A stretch of 63,065 nucleotides of DNA, counting the filler, from Vannella sp. (taxonomy: Eukaryota): NCBI GenBank assembly GCA_023345925.1. It is 5 parts of 5 records of this genome, joined end to end, with 100 filler letters (N's around TTAATTAATTAA, not from the genome) between each part and the next. Parts side by side here need not be neighbours in the genome. Positions count along the whole stretch, not along the records: positions 6,868 to 12,580 come from JAJQQN010000148.1; positions 12,681 to 29,339 come from JAJQQN010000444.1; 3 more parts are not named here. One strand, written 5' to 3'. The notes under the pieces were generated by a model, which was given only the letters and a program-made list of their open reading frames with translations, had not been told where the DNA came from and made no database searches. Positions within the stretch are counted from its first letter, which is position 1; each line of letters starts with the position of its first letter. Below are positions 10,822 through 23,601 of the stretch, one piece after another. The position numbers and the translations under genes were made by a program.

Positions 10822-12334
10822 TTAGTGCTTGGGTTGGTAGGAAGCGACATCTTTGAGAATCATTGTGCGGAGTTCGGTCAGATCTTCCATTGCGTATTTA
10901 ACTCCTTCGCGACCGCATCCAGATTCTTTGACTCCTCCATAAGGTTGCACATCAACTCTGGCACTGGGAACATCATTGATAACAACGCCTCCCACTTCAA
11001 GGTTCTCAAAGGCAAAGAAACTCTTTCTCAAGTCATTCGTGAAGATTCCTGCTTGCAGGCCAAAAGGGCTGTCATTGACAATGTCAATAGCTTCTTTAAA
11101 GTCATTGAACTTCTGAATGCAAGCAACAGGACCGAACACTTCTTTGCTCCACACTGCAGCATCGTTATGGACATCAGAAATGAAAGTGGCATCAAAGAAA
11201 ACACCTTCCCGCTTCCCTCCACAAAGTACCTTGGCTCCATGCTTGTCCCGGGCTTCATTGACCCACTGCTCCACCCTTTTTGCTTCCTTCTCTGCGATCA
11301 TTGGCCCAATGAGAGTCTCCTTCTTCAATGGGTCTCCCTTGTTAGCATTCCACCTCGCTGCCCCGGCTACCAGTTTCTCAACAACAGCGTCGTAGTGGTC
11401 AGCATGCACGAGAATACGCTGTACAGAGATGCAGGTCTGGCCAGAGTAGAAGAACGAGCCAAACAAGAGACGATCCACAATGGCATCGAGGTTGCTGACA
11501 TCTTGGTCAATCACGCAAGCAGCGTTGCCACCGAGCTCCAGAACCACTCTCTTCTTCTCTGCTTTGTTCTTGATGGCCCAACCCACCTGTGGGCTCCCTG
11601 TAAAGGAGATAACTTTGATTCTGTTGTTCTCGCTGAAGACGGGAGCATCCTCCTGCGCACATGGTAGCACAGAGAAGGATCCTGCAGGCATGGCAGTCTC
11701 AGCAAGGAGCTGGCCCAAGCGAACAGCCGACAACGGAGCCTGCTCAGATGGTTTCAACACGAAAGGGCATCCAGCAGCGATAGCGGGAGCAATCTTGTGC
11801 ATCTAGGCATTCATTAGCATGAAGAGAAGCAACACGGACCTGACCTACTGCAAGATTCAACGGGAAGTTGAAGGGAGTGACAAAAGAAGCCACTCCGATG
11901 GGGAAACGGCGCGATAGAAGCGACATTCGACCAGCTGGAGAAGAAGTGTCTCTCCAAGTGCCATCAGGGGTAGCAGAACCGGCCTCCTTGATGCCATCAG
12001 CGAGGGTGATAAGGCTACGGTCAACCTCAATCTTGCTCCCAGCGATGGGTTTGCCCGCCTCCAGCGAGATCAGCTCCGCAAACTCGTTCGCGTTCTGCTT
12101 GAGCAGAGAATGGAGATGGCTGAGTATCTCTACGCGCTGGTGAGGAGGCATAGCAGCCATAGGAAGAGTTGCCGCGTGCGCTTGATCAAAGGCTTCGTTA
12201 ATCTCCTCGCGAGTAGCGAGGCCTACACGAGTAAACTCCTCTCCAGTGAACTTGTTCGTCACTGCTGCACTGCGCGACGCCTCCCGAAGGACTCCGCCAA
12301 ACACCAAAGGCGACACCCGACCGGCCCAGCTCAT
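10822..12334 (-). CDS. Aldehyde dehydrogenase, ALDH21/RNP123-like (bacterial-type); one intron near 11803-11848
   Basis: TPFNFPLNLA|MHKIAPAIAAGCPFVLKP, SFTGS, VVLELGGNAA (catalytic Glu), SGQTCISVQR (catalytic Cys), EVFGPV and PYGGVKESG. Confidence 0.9.
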
Positions 12335-12380
12335 GAAGGAATGAATGCGGGCTGCGGCTGCATTGCTTGTACGCATTCAC

Positions 12381-12580
12381 TCAGCAGTGACAGCCTCCTC
12401 CTCCGGGGAGAGTGCTCAACCTGCATGGCTCTTGGGGGGCTGACTCCGCAGTTTTGGTGCAGCAGCGTTCGTGGAGCTGCAGATGATGGAATGGAGTGTT
12501 CTCAAGTGATGGAGATTGAGCTTCAAGGACAGTGGGAGACTTGGCAAGGGGCAGCTCTCTTCCAGAAAGAAGGGAAAGTG
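12381..12580 (-). CDS. 3' fragment of a protein ending in a CXC prenylation-type motif
   Basis: Minus-strand frame open from the spacer to ...PCRLSTLPGGGGCHC-TGA. CXC termini are typical of Rab-type GTPases, but the G domain is not in view. Confidence 0.35.
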
Positions 12581-12680
12581 NNNNNNNNNNNNNNNNNNNN
12601 NNNNNNNNNNNNNNNNNNNNNNNNTTAATTAATTAANNNNNNNNNNNNNNNNNNNNNNNNNNNNNNNNNNNNNNNNNNNN
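12581..12680. other. Artificial contig spacer
   Basis: 44 N + TTAATTAATTAA + 44 N. Confidence 0.98.
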
Positions 12681-12820
12681 AGGGCTGAGTACGTCACATC
12701 ACTGATGGAGGTTAGATTGTAAGCGCAATTGGTTGTTCCGTTGAAGTATGTGAAAGTGCAAGGCTGCGCGAATGCCCCCACGAGGACACTCAGAAGGACC
12801 AACGCCAACCCCAAGCGCAT
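12681..12820 (-). CDS. 5' fragment of a secreted or lumenal protein
   Basis: MRLGLALVLLSVLVGAFA-QPCTFTYFNGTTNCAYNLTSI: signal peptide, Cys residues and N-glycosylation sequons; truncated by the spacer. Confidence 0.65.
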
Positions 12821-13352
12821 CGAGAATGCCCTTTTCATTCCCTTTTATGGAAATCCCTCTTGAAAACTGGTATTTTTTTAAGTCTATTCTCATCTTCGCT
12901 TTTTTTGATGTCTTTCGCCAATTTCAAACTCCCTAGTAAGGAAAATTTTCAGTCAGAGAAAATGAGAAAATCCACGAGTGAAGGGGAAGAGGGGGTGGAG
13001 CTCGTGTTTGCGTAGCTTGCCCTGATGACCACCATCTCTTCAGGATAAGCTTTTGGACTGATTTCATTTTTCACTTTTTTTGCTGCTTGAGGACCGACCC
13101 CCTGTGACTTCTCTCTGCTTGTTCCGCAACTTTGAACTCTCCTTTCTGTATCTTGGGTGGTCGTGAGAGGTCACTCAACTGGCACCCGGACAGAAAGAGG
13201 TTCACTCGAGCAGCCATGAAGAAATCTGTCGAAGATTGGCCGCCGGGAACGACGGCCTCCCAGTCCGCCAAGCTCCACTTTGAAGCCCCCTCTGAAACGA
13301 TTTGCGACCCGCTTTTTGGTAGTAAAAAGAGAAAATCATTTTTTGAGTGCCA

Positions 13353-15203
13353 ATGAGGCCAGACTCGCCAGGGTGTTTCAACAGCAACTGCCACCCAACG
13401 GTGACACAGAACGTGCGAGCGGACCAGCTTCTGCCTCATGTGAAGGAGTGCTTTACTCGGGGAGGGATTGGGTTGGTCTCCTGCCCGCCTTGTCTTGATG
13501 CCCTGCTTGGTGGGCTCTCGGCTAAGGGTGTCACTCATCCTCCTGCCACGGTCTGCCAGATCTGCGCGGGGTTGAATGTTGCAGACCCTCCTGTTATCCA
13601 GCTCTTTGCCAATGGAGAGTTCTCTCTGTGGATCTGTGGGACTTGCCAGAAGCTCCAACAGTCGGTCATCCAATCCAACTTTTACCTCGCCCAGTCCCTC
13701 GTTCCCGCAAAGGCGCCTGTCGATACATTCACCTTTGATGTTCCCAAAGATGTACCTCGTAAGCGATACATTCCTCCTCCCGTGCGAGGGCTGGACAGCA
13801 GCATCGGAAACGCTGGACCCCCCGCCAAGCGCCCTCGCCTCTCCTTTGGCACTAGCCGAACACAGCAGCCCTGGGAAACCACCATCATCGCTGCATCTAA
13901 CCAGCAAGAGAGTGAGCGCCCCCTTCTCCCTCTCCACTGACTCACCTCCTCCATCGCAGAGATCCTCGCGGCGCTTGAGCAACTGGACTTACTCCAGAAG
14001 CAGCAAGCGCGCAACCTTCGAAGCATCCAAGCAGCAGTACCTTCTCTTACAGACCTGGATGCACTCAAAACCAGTAACGAGAGACTCCAGAGCAAGCTGG
14101 ACCGAACGACAAGTCACTTGAAGCAGAGCGAGGTGCAGAAGAGCAAGATCCGTGTGCTTGCTGAGAGACTGCGCTCCGCACCTGAAGACCTCGAGAGCAT
14201 CCTCAGCCAACTGAGTGAGCTCTGTGAGCCTCTTCCTCCCATTCCTGAAGAGGAGGAAGTGAAACAGGAGGATGACATTGGCATTGTCGCCGAAGCAGAC
14301 GAAGGCTCTCCAATGATCACTGCTGAAGAAGAGTGAAGATGAGGATGACACTAAAGAGCTTCTCCTTCTCATTTGGAGCCGTCCCGTTCTCCCATGCAGT
14401 TCCTCCGGTTCTTTCGGGAGCTATCTTCCCACCTCTGCCTACCAGAGGAGTCAATCGAACCGGTAGTAGATACAACAGTCCATCCCATGCCTTCAAGAGG
14501 CTCTTCTGAGCGAAGAAGGGCGCCGTCGAACCTCCGCGCCATTCCTCCGTTTGTGGAGTTAGTGGATCCTCTAGTGACCCGTTTAGAGAGAGGAGAGGTC
14601 TCAGGAGAGCAGCTAGGTGAGGTTGTCCAAGCCATCATCTCTGCATTCGAGGAGGACGCCGTTCGGGTGAAGCTTACCTCCGTGGTGGGGAGCCATCTAC
14701 GGAAGGCCTCCTCCTCAGAAGACTCTTTTCTGCGAGAGCTCATTCGTCAAGCGCTGAGCGAGGCTGAGGCTTCAAGTCTTCACCAAACACTGAAAGATCT
14801 CCCTTCTGGTGTCCTCGGAGACGAAGCGCAGCAAGAAGAGTCAAGAGTCTTCGTCAACGCTCTTCAGGACACTCGTGCCTCCATACAGCATCACCAACGT
14901 GCCTTCAACAGGCTGAAAAAGTACAAAGACAACAGCGACTTCGTGGAACGGACGATTGGGGCCATCGTTCGCGCTCTCTCCAACGAAGGAGTGGATCCTT
15001 CCATTCGCATCTCTGCATACACGTGCATGATGACGACTTTAGCCTCCCCTCTTGCCAAGGCAAGCATTGGTAAGCTCCCTCCTCCCTTATTTCATTCCAC
15101 AGACCCTGACAGCGCTCCAGTCTTCCAGCAGATCATCCTTAGTGGAAGGCTATCATCATCTTCACAACAACGGAGCGCAGAGCTGGCAATCCTGTTCGAT
15201 TGA
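13353..15203 (+). CDS. Hypothetical protein(s): Cys-rich zinc-finger-like N-terminus, coiled coil and helical C-terminus (one or two genes)
   Basis: CFNSNC..H..EC, CPPC, CQIC and CGTC; intron GTGAG...CAG near 13912-13959; the junction at ~14333-14400 is unresolved. Confidence 0.5.
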
Positions 15204-15277
15204 CGGCTCCAAAGGTAGATCTTGTAGATAGACTCGTTTACTTCTTTGCTATCGAGGAGATGAGTTGTTAGATTGTA

Positions 15278-15781
15278 TTAGACGAGGGTGGCGTTCGCTT
15301 TAGCGTTCTCAAGGGCCTGGCGAGAGCGCTTCTCCTTCTCCCGTTGGGCATCATATTGTTCGCGCTCTTTTTGAAGGTTCCTGACTTTGCGGTAGTGGAT
15401 GGGACCTTTCCATTGACTAGAGGGGTTCATCTTGTAGATATTGGCGCTCTTTACACGCTCCTTGTTGTCTGCATCAAGACGAGCAATCGCTCCGACGGCG
15501 CGACGGGAGATTTGGTACTTCTGTGAGAGCTTTGAGAGGCTCCACTCAAAGGGATTCTCATTTCGAAGGTGTGTGATCTCCTCTTTGACGTCTGTCGACA
15601 GCACCTTCACCTCCTCTTGCCAATCCACTCGCACGGGAGGCGTGTATGCCTTCGGGGTGACAGCTCTGACCTCGTGCCGAATCACAACAGTACGGGTAAC
15701 CACCGATCCACTAAACTCTCGCTGCGCAGCACTCCAAACCAACGGTTGAGCACTCCTCACGGCCCCCATACACCGCAACAT
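15278..15781 (-). CDS. Mitochondrial ribosomal protein of the mL58 (fungal MRP-L20) family
   Basis: Arg-rich presequence-like N-terminus; EEITHLRNENPFEWSLSKLSQKYQISRRAVGAIA matches the family's helix-turn-helix signature. Confidence 0.7.
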   Translation of the reverse strand: MLRCMGAVRSAQPLVWSAAQREFSGSVVTRTVVIRHEVRAVTPKAYTPPVRVDWQEEVKVLSTDVKEEITHLRNENPFEWSLSKLSQKYQISRRAVGAIARLDADNKERVKSANIYKMNPSSQWKGPIHYRKVRNLQKEREQYDAQREKEKRSRQALENAKANATLV

Positions 15782-15959
15782 CTTCCTAGGTCTTAGGAAA
15801 TGCCCTCCCCAGTACCCAAATAATTTTAAATTAATAAAAACAAGATTTCCAACACCTTACAGCAACAGCCACTTCATTCTGACGCAGTAGCGAGAGGACC
15901 TCCACGCGAGACGGTCTTTGTTAAACCCACGACTCCCGCCATCCTCCTTAAAACGAACA

Positions 15960-18497
15960 ATGACAAACCGAAAGCGAAAGGGTTCCGTAACAGGAAGCTC
16001 TCCTTCTGCAAAGAGGAAGAAACTTAATTCGCCGACGCCGCCTCTGCCAGAGCTTGGTGCGAGTATGGACGCTCCTGATGCACTCGTAGCTCCTGTATCT
16101 GAATTAGAAGCTCCCCTGGGGGCATCCCCCTTACAGTTCCTCGATCTGGACCTGCCACCGTTGGCCCAACCTCCTCCTGGTCCTGTTGCTGTAAAGGAGT
16201 ACTCTCTCTTCGATGAGCTCTGTGCAGTACCACTGTACGACTCTCCTGCTAACAAGACGCTCCCACCAGCGACTACACGCTATCCAACGGACGCGCAAGG
16301 CTTCCTTGAGCCTCCTGCAACACCGTATGAAGCCCGAGAGCTCTGGGAGTGTCTTAGCGTTCTTTTGGCGAGTCCTCCAGGTACACTACAACCTTGGATG
16401 TCTTCGTTAGGGCCTAGCAATGCGATGTTGCACCTGGGGAAGGCTATGAAGAAGAAGAACGGCAACTTGCCTCTCAATGTGCCGTATCACGTTGCTGTGG
16501 ATGATTGGGTCAACTTTGTGGCTTCAGAGACCGGCCAAAAGGTTGGCGTTGGCTACGTCATCCCTGGAGACCTTGGCATAGAGGCTTGCGCTCACTTTGA
16601 GCTTCTTGCGTGGACTTTGGAGGCCTTCCACCGTCTGCAAGCGTGTGTCGGCGCTCCTCAACTGATCCTCGTGCGCCATTCGTCTTCTACTCAGCGGAAG
16701 CTCTTCCACTTGTTGATGTATGCGATGGTAAGCTCCGAATCTCTCTGTCCAAGAGGAACACGTCTCAAAGGAGGGTCTTAGTGGGAGTCGATTGCCTGGC
16801 TATGTGCAGGTGATGGGATACACGCTCCAGAGAGTAAGGCCACATGCTTGTAGGGACTGGGAAGCTCACACTCTCTTGAAGGACCCGAGGCTGAAACGTC
16901 TCTGGCGATGAGGACGTTCATTGCAGCAGCTACATCGATGAACCGGATCATCAGTGAAGAACTAAGTGTGTTCCACCGCCAGTGGCCCGTTCTGGAGGAG
17001 ACAACACGCAAGATGGAGACCAAAATCCGATTCCCGTTCGAATGGGTGAATCTTCTCATCCAGGAGGCCTATTTCGTTGGATACTACTCTGCGATGGTTC
17101 TCCATACTTTCACTCTAGTCAATGGCATCTCTCTCCCGTCTGGGGAGGATTCCCTGAAGTGGAAGTGTTTCTGTGAAGCGACAAGTTTCCTTTTCCTTTC
17201 TTGTGCTATTGACCAATACGTCAGCCTGATTCTTGGTTCTGTTGAGGGGGAGCTTATCTTCTCTGGGTTCACGAAGATCTTGAAGGTGAGTGGGACCTTT
17301 GGCATTGCGAATCGAAAGTATCTGATTTCCGAGGGAAGTTTATTGAGGATGACCGCAGCCCTATGGCGTATCGAGTGCGCTTCCATATCTTCCGCATCCT
17401 TACTGTCTTGTGTGAGAAGGACGAGCCTTACTTTTTGGACTACATGGGTCCACTGGAATGCAGTGGTGCCATCGCCTCTGCTGTTATGAAGGAGGCCTCT
17501 GGTGAGTGCTTAGCAAGGGATACATTGTTTCTGATTTGCTCACTGATGCTTTGTAGGCGCGTCTGAGAGGATCCTTCAGGCGGTCTCAGAGGCAGCAAGA
17601 GGGGAGATTGTGGACATGAAATGCGACGCCTTCCTTTCCACCCGAGAGGCATTCCGAGTGATGGAATTGTTCTCGTATGATAGCAACTTTGTAACTAGTG
17701 TGGTAGATCAGGGTACACCGCTCATTTTGGACATCCTCTCCGCTCCATCCGAGCAGTTTGTTGGGTACTTGAACGAGGCAGGGTCCTTCCAACAGTACAT
17801 TTGCATCATCATCTTCCGCATCATCGCTAATCTTCATTGCTTCAACCCGGATGTCAGCCCCAAAGACCACGAGGGCAAATTTGTGAGGACCATTTTGCAT
17901 TTATGTTCGACCATCTTCAAATTGACCGAATCTGGAGAGGTTATACCCCAGCGTGTCGTGTGCCCTGCTCGCGTGATGGCCAATCTGTTTTACCTATTCC
18001 AGTGGGTTACCTTCCGTTCAAGCTACACGGTACAAGAGCACAACTTTTGGCAAGACTTTTTGGCAATGTTGGAGCAGCACTTGGGAATTAAGTATCCCAC
18101 CATCAATGTTCACTCCAACACTCCTTCCATATCCTCTGGATCCTCTGGATCCGCAAGAACCTTCCAAATGATGGATTCAGACGGAATGTCGGAAACTGAC
18201 ATTTTGAGGGGATTATCGGTCTCCTTTGGCAAGGTACGAGACCAAGAGTACCTCAGATCTCTCATCCGCACACACGGCGGACAAGTGTTGAATTACGTGT
18301 CCAAGTCTGTCACGCACGTGATTTGCTCAGACGACGACGAGTCTCTGATTGCCTCTCAACCAAAGATCGCCTCAGCAGCAACCAAGCAAGTCCCAGCGTG
18401 CTCTGATCGATTGATCTACGACTCTGTTGAGCGAGGCGTTCTCCAACACGAGCGAATCTATCTTCTCTCCGACCATCCTTACAAGCGCCGGGTTTAG
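15960..18497 (+). CDS. Multi-exon nuclear protein with a C-terminal BRCT domain
   Basis: NLS-like RKRK...AKRKK; C-terminus LRGLSVSF...LRSLIRTHGGQV..YVSKSVTHVIC...LIYDSV..G.L..E.IY fits the BRCT pattern. Internal exon joins not fully resolved. Confidence 0.65.
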
Positions 18498-18553
18498 ATC
18501 CAGAATGGACCCAATGGCCAATACAAGAAAAAGAAGAAACAGGTGACTTGACT

Positions 18554-21500
18554 TTACTTCTCTGGAGGAGGTACTTTTGGTTCCACCAAAAGAGACTGCG
18601 CGTATCGTTCTTGTTCGTTGAGGACTTGGGAGATGGTTAAAGCCATCTCCAGAGTAGCGGAGATGGCTGGGTTTGGGACAAACTCATAACGCTGCTGTTG
18701 GAACAAGAGAACCTCATTGATAGTGTTGGCAACTGCCCGGTGTCTCTTGAAGTTGACAACAGCGTTCTCCTTGTCCTCGTCCTTCTGAGGGGAAACATAT
18801 TCCGGCAGACCGTCTTCTATGAAGACAAGGTCCTTTAGATACGTTCCAATGTAGGGAACGCAAGGTTGGCTTTCTTGTTGGAACTTGGAAAGGAGTTTCC
18901 GGTAGTTTGACCAGTTTTGTTGCACGGAGCAACATTCTTTCAAGTCCTCCATGGCCGTTTGCCACTTAGAAGAGACACCTTTCCAAGTTTTCTTGCATCT
19001 ATTCACGGAGGTGTCTTGTAATGCACCTGTGATAGCGACGACTGCATGGAAGTTGCCCATTTCCTTGCAGAAGGAAGCTATCTGAATGTACCGCTCGAGG
19101 AGTTTCACACGTAATTTCAGCTTCTTCTGGAGTACAATAGAGGTACTGAACCAGCTTGCAATGTGGTTGAACCGTTCCGTTAAAAGCACAACATTTGGGG
19201 CTATTTCCAAGCGATCAGATCGGGTCCAAGCTTTGCCAAGAAGCTCTCTTGAACGAATCTGGCAGAAAGTCTCTTGGTTTTGAAGGCATAAATGGCGGGC
19301 AATATCCATTGGGTCTGTGTCCGACAGTAATTGAGCCAGATTCGAAGGAACAACAGTATTCGGAAGAGAACTTGGCTTCTGGTGGACTTTGCAAGATCGC
19401 CTGTGGCCTTCTTGGAGGAAGCGGCGAAGATAGTCGCCTTTTTGGTGATAATGAGCGACTGGCAGAACAATATAGTCCAAGAAGCTGAGTACAAAAAGGA
19501 CTAAATAGGAGTTCCGAGCAAAGTCTCCTTCCCAATATTCCGTCATCCAAATCTCAAGGATGTTTAAGAGACCCATCCGTGTATGTAAGACACTCTCATC
19601 CTCTGGAGCAAGGACATCGAGCTCCTCGTTGTCTTTAAGAGTTTGCTCAGGACCAGCTCCTTTGGAAGGAGAAAGGCTAGCGCACTTACTGGTCGTGGTG
19701 ATGGTAGTGTCCTTTGTGGTAGGATTGCGTGACATCTTTGTCTCGATGTTCTCCTTGAGGTGAGCTGAAGCAAAGCGCTTCGCAATCCAACGCAAGAAGT
19801 CTTCTGACTTGATAAGGAAGGGGAAGGTCAGGAGGAAGATATTCAAATACTCTTTTTCACCATAGAATGGGTCAGAGAGTGCTGCCAGGAGACGATTTGT
19901 TGTTCCTGAGATGATGTACCCACTATTTGCGTCAAATTCAAGTACTCCAGTGTTCAGATTGCCAAGGACGGTGGACACAATGTGAATGAGCTTTGGCCTA
20001 CTAATAGCATTCCGTTCGTTGCTAAAGCGGGGGGTTACAACCTCATTCCCACCAACAGAGGCATCCAAAGAAACTTTTTTGATGTTGAAGAGGTCTCGGG
20101 AGGAGCCAAGTTGGTTCAAATCCTCTAAAGAAATGGAGGCTCTCACATTTCCAGTCTGAGCATCAAAGTTTCTCAGTCCTGCGCTCACAGCATTAACGTT
20201 TTGGAGTTCTTGAAGATACTCAACAATGTTTTCCGGTTCCAGACATCCAATCTTTCGTAGGGAAAGCTGTTCAGATACTTCGAGGCCGGCAATCTCAGCC
20301 TCTGTCTCTTTGAGTTGCTGAATAAGTTTCGCCCGCATCTGATTTCGTTGGAGTTTGAGCTTTCGGAGGCCAATAAGGTGGGACTTTTCCATAAGGATAT
20401 TGCTGACATCTTTTTGAGTTACATTGAAGGGCTCAATATGAACCAGGCTACTTCGCTGAACTCCATCACGTAGGATGACAGTGGCTGGTAACTCTCCAAC
20501 AAAGTGCTTCATACGAAGAAGAACATTCTCAAAGATGCCAACCCATTGGGCAGCTGCTTCGGCTGTAACAGCACGATACAACGTGGAGCTCCCAGGCCCA
20601 ATCAGGTGCAAGAAGCGTGGATCCAATCCAAGATCTTTGCCTGTTCGGAAGGAGCACCAAGTCACATGAAAGGAATCCACCGTCTCTTTGTGTTCTGCAT
20701 CAGAAAACACTTTGATTTGACCGTCTGGCTGAATCCAGAGATAACGTGGATCCCATTGACTATTGAATCCAGATTTCACACTGAGTGGCTCAGAGGGACA
20801 CCCGTAATAAGACTTTTCCATATACTTGCTCATTACCAATCGGTCTCGTTCGTCTTGTGTGCTTATTGGGGTGAGCTCCTTAACAGGAAGCTTACTTTCC
20901 CACAGCAAGTTGAATTCGATGTTACTACGAGGTCCTAGGGTGCTCCAAAGAGTGCTCAACGGGAATGCCTCGCGCAGAGAAACTGTTTTGGAGATGGTTT
21001 CATCAAGGCATTGAGAGTGGCTTTGTGCACAAGCGCTGCAGAGGAGAATCCCAAAGGCTCTCGATATCATAAAGCATCCAAAAGCAGCACAATCCGCACA
21101 GTAGGACGTCAAACAGAGATGAATGAGATTAGAAAAGACCGCCAGTCTTTCGTCGTGTGACGCTATCTCATTTTTCATCAGAGTGAAGAGTAAGATTGGG
21201 TCAATCACTTCTCCCGAGGGACTTCTCAGTGGCTCAGAACTAATTGTCAGTTCTGAAGAGCTCGGCGAATGCGCAGAATTCCCTTCTTCCCTCAGAAGCG
21301 AATGTCTCTTCGCCGGCTCAGAGTCTGAAGGAAAGCCGTCCAAAGGTTTCAAGCAGGCAGGAAGCCACATCGCTGTGGGCCTCTTCATGGACTTGGAACG
21401 CAATTCCAAACAAGCACCAGAGGGCAAAACGACAAACAAATGGCCGTGGCGCCCAGAACCAGACACGGAGACCTCACAGAAAGGCAAATAAATGATTCTG

Positions 21501-22764
21501 GGGTCCCCAGGTCTGTCAAACTGGAAGAGGAACAACATTTCTCCTTTGATGATGGCGTAGGCTTCTTTCACTTGGTTTGTAGAGCTTCGTGCGTCCTTAT
21601 TTGCTCGTATGATAGCACTTACACTCCCTTCGTGAGCAACAGGGTAGCCATCCATGAAGAGGATGCCAAAGTTGCTCTGTTTGTTGTGCCGTACCTTCCA
21701 ATGGAGCACTTTTGTGCTCTCCAGGAGGAAGTAGAGGCCTACCATGAGCTTCCTGAGATGCTGTTGGGAGGTTGGAGTGGCTGGCTCTTGTCTTAAGAGC
21801 TGTCCTGCCACGGATTGCAGTGAAAGAGCAATAGTGTGGCATCCAAAGCGTCGACCAAGGCGTTCCCCTCTCCCCAGCAGCTCTTCCATTGCCATCTCCG
21901 GCAGTACGAGCTGATCTACCTTGTTCAGCACGAGGAGAACAGAGGTAACACGTCCCACACCAAGATGGAGCTGTTCTAACGTCCACTCTGCCCTTGCAAA
22001 GCTCTCTGGTCGAGTGATATCGACTAGAACGATAAAGTTTCGTGCTTGTCGCCGCTCCTCCACCTGAGAGTCTGTGTCTGGTTTGCATTGCTCTTGTGTG
22101 GTGAAGGCGAATCGCTTCCCTCCTGGAGCAGGGAGGCGGAGGCGCATACGAGAGGCAGACTTGGTGGTCTTCCTCCTTCTCCTCCCACTGGCTGATTCTT
22201 CGGTCTCTTGGAAGACCTCATTGACCTCTCGTAGTATCTGAATGATCACTTGATGGAAGAACTTGTCAGAGCACGTTAGGGAGGGAGAGAGGGTGACTTA
22301 CGGGACTTGCCCGACTCTAAACTGCCCAATACGTGGATCACACGAGTGGGAGCAGCGTGAGAGTCATCCTCAACACGTGGTGAAGTTAAAACGACATGGG
22401 CAACAGGTCTACGGGGCTCAGGAGTCTCCCAGGAGACGACATCCTTCGCTGACATCGCAGGGAGGTTGTTGATGGAGCTAGAGCGTCTTCTCAAGAGATC
22501 TGGCCTTCGTGGCTGTGGCTTTGGGGTAGAAGGAGGCTCTACATCATCAAGAGAAGTGTTCTGAACGTCCTTCTCCCTCGTAGTCCCCAAGAACACTCTC
22601 AACCTGCTCTTCCTCTTCTCTCGGCCCGGCGATCCCGCGCTCAAGCCATCCGTCATTGATGCTGAACGCGACTCCATCTTAGATTCGTTCTCTAGCCGCC
22701 AGAGAAGCTGCTGGACAGTCGGGGACTCGGACGGCAAGGACATGTCCGTGGGCACCCAGGGCAT
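18554..22764 (-). CDS. Multidomain RasGEF: Ras-like G domain, PH, ArfGAP-like, PH, coiled coil, REM, CDC25
   Basis: GSLESGKS P-loop, FIVLVDITRPESF and LVLNKVD; C-x2-C-x16-C-x2-C zinc finger; YLNIFLLTF (REM); ERFN, MGNFHA, PCVPYIGTYLKDLVFIEDG and VNF.RHR (CDC25). One intron near 22249-22301. Confidence 0.88.
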
Positions 22765-22871
22765 GGCCGAGGTCCTAAACCTCTCAAGGAATGAAGGAAA
22801 CACACTTTCTATTGTTGGGGAGGCGTCTGATGGAGGCTACGGCGCTGTGGGCTGGTTCTGGGCCGTGTTTG

Positions 22872-23469
22872 ATGTGGAGTGCTCGAGGTGAGGGCGGAGA
22901 GAGAGAGTAGAAGGGTGATGGGCTGATGGGGAGTAGATGTGGAGTGGTTGCGAAGGGAGAAGAGGATCGTGGGGGCGATGGTGGGCTCTTTGCCTGGTCA
23001 TCCCAGCCAGAACACGCAACTCTCTCTTCCTCTGGTGTTGCTGCCTGAGGAGGTGACGTGGTGTCTTGAGTGTGGTTGGATACGTTTGCTTCAAGTCCCA
23101 CACGGCCATGAGGAGGTGGACGGCTCCTCCGATCCTTCTTCTTGGCCAAAAGCGCTTTGGTCCTTCCCCCACACAGAGGAAGAGAAGCAGCGCTACCTAG
23201 TGTTCAAGGAGCTGTATGCACGAGGGCACTACATCACCAGCGGGCTGCTCTTCGGCGGGGACTTTGCAGCGTACCCCGGAGACCCTCTCCAGTTCCATGC
23301 AGAGATGATCGTTGCTGTCCGCCCTTATCGAGAAGAAGTATCACCTCTAGCTCTCGTTAGCCTGGCCCGCTTAGCAGTTGGAGTGAAGAAGTCAGCTGTT
23401 CTCGCTTCCGTTCATCCAAACACAGAAACCGTTCTTCTCCTGGAACTCACTTGGAGAGGTACAACGTAG
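22872..23469 (+). CDS. TSEN34: tRNA-splicing endonuclease catalytic subunit Sen34
   Basis: LRREKRIVG.MVG.LP...QN..L.LPL.LLPEE, G.FGGDF..YPGDP..FHA and RLA..VKK (Tyr/His/Lys triad). Intron 22888-22936; start codon uncertain. Confidence 0.92.
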
Positions 23470-23601
23470 CTCCCTCTCTCACTCACAGCAGGCCATAGTC
23501 CGCTATCTTCCTACCTTTGAGGCGCCAACGCGCCAAAGTGTATTGGAACGCAAAATGACCGGATTCCAACGCATCCCAACGGATGGCCAAAAGTAACAAA
23601 A

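Noticed and set aside
14333..14400. Cluster of in-frame stops between two same-frame ORFs (possible readthrough or 24-nt micro-intron)
   Set aside because: An intron, two separate genes or an assembly indel cannot be distinguished from the sequence alone.
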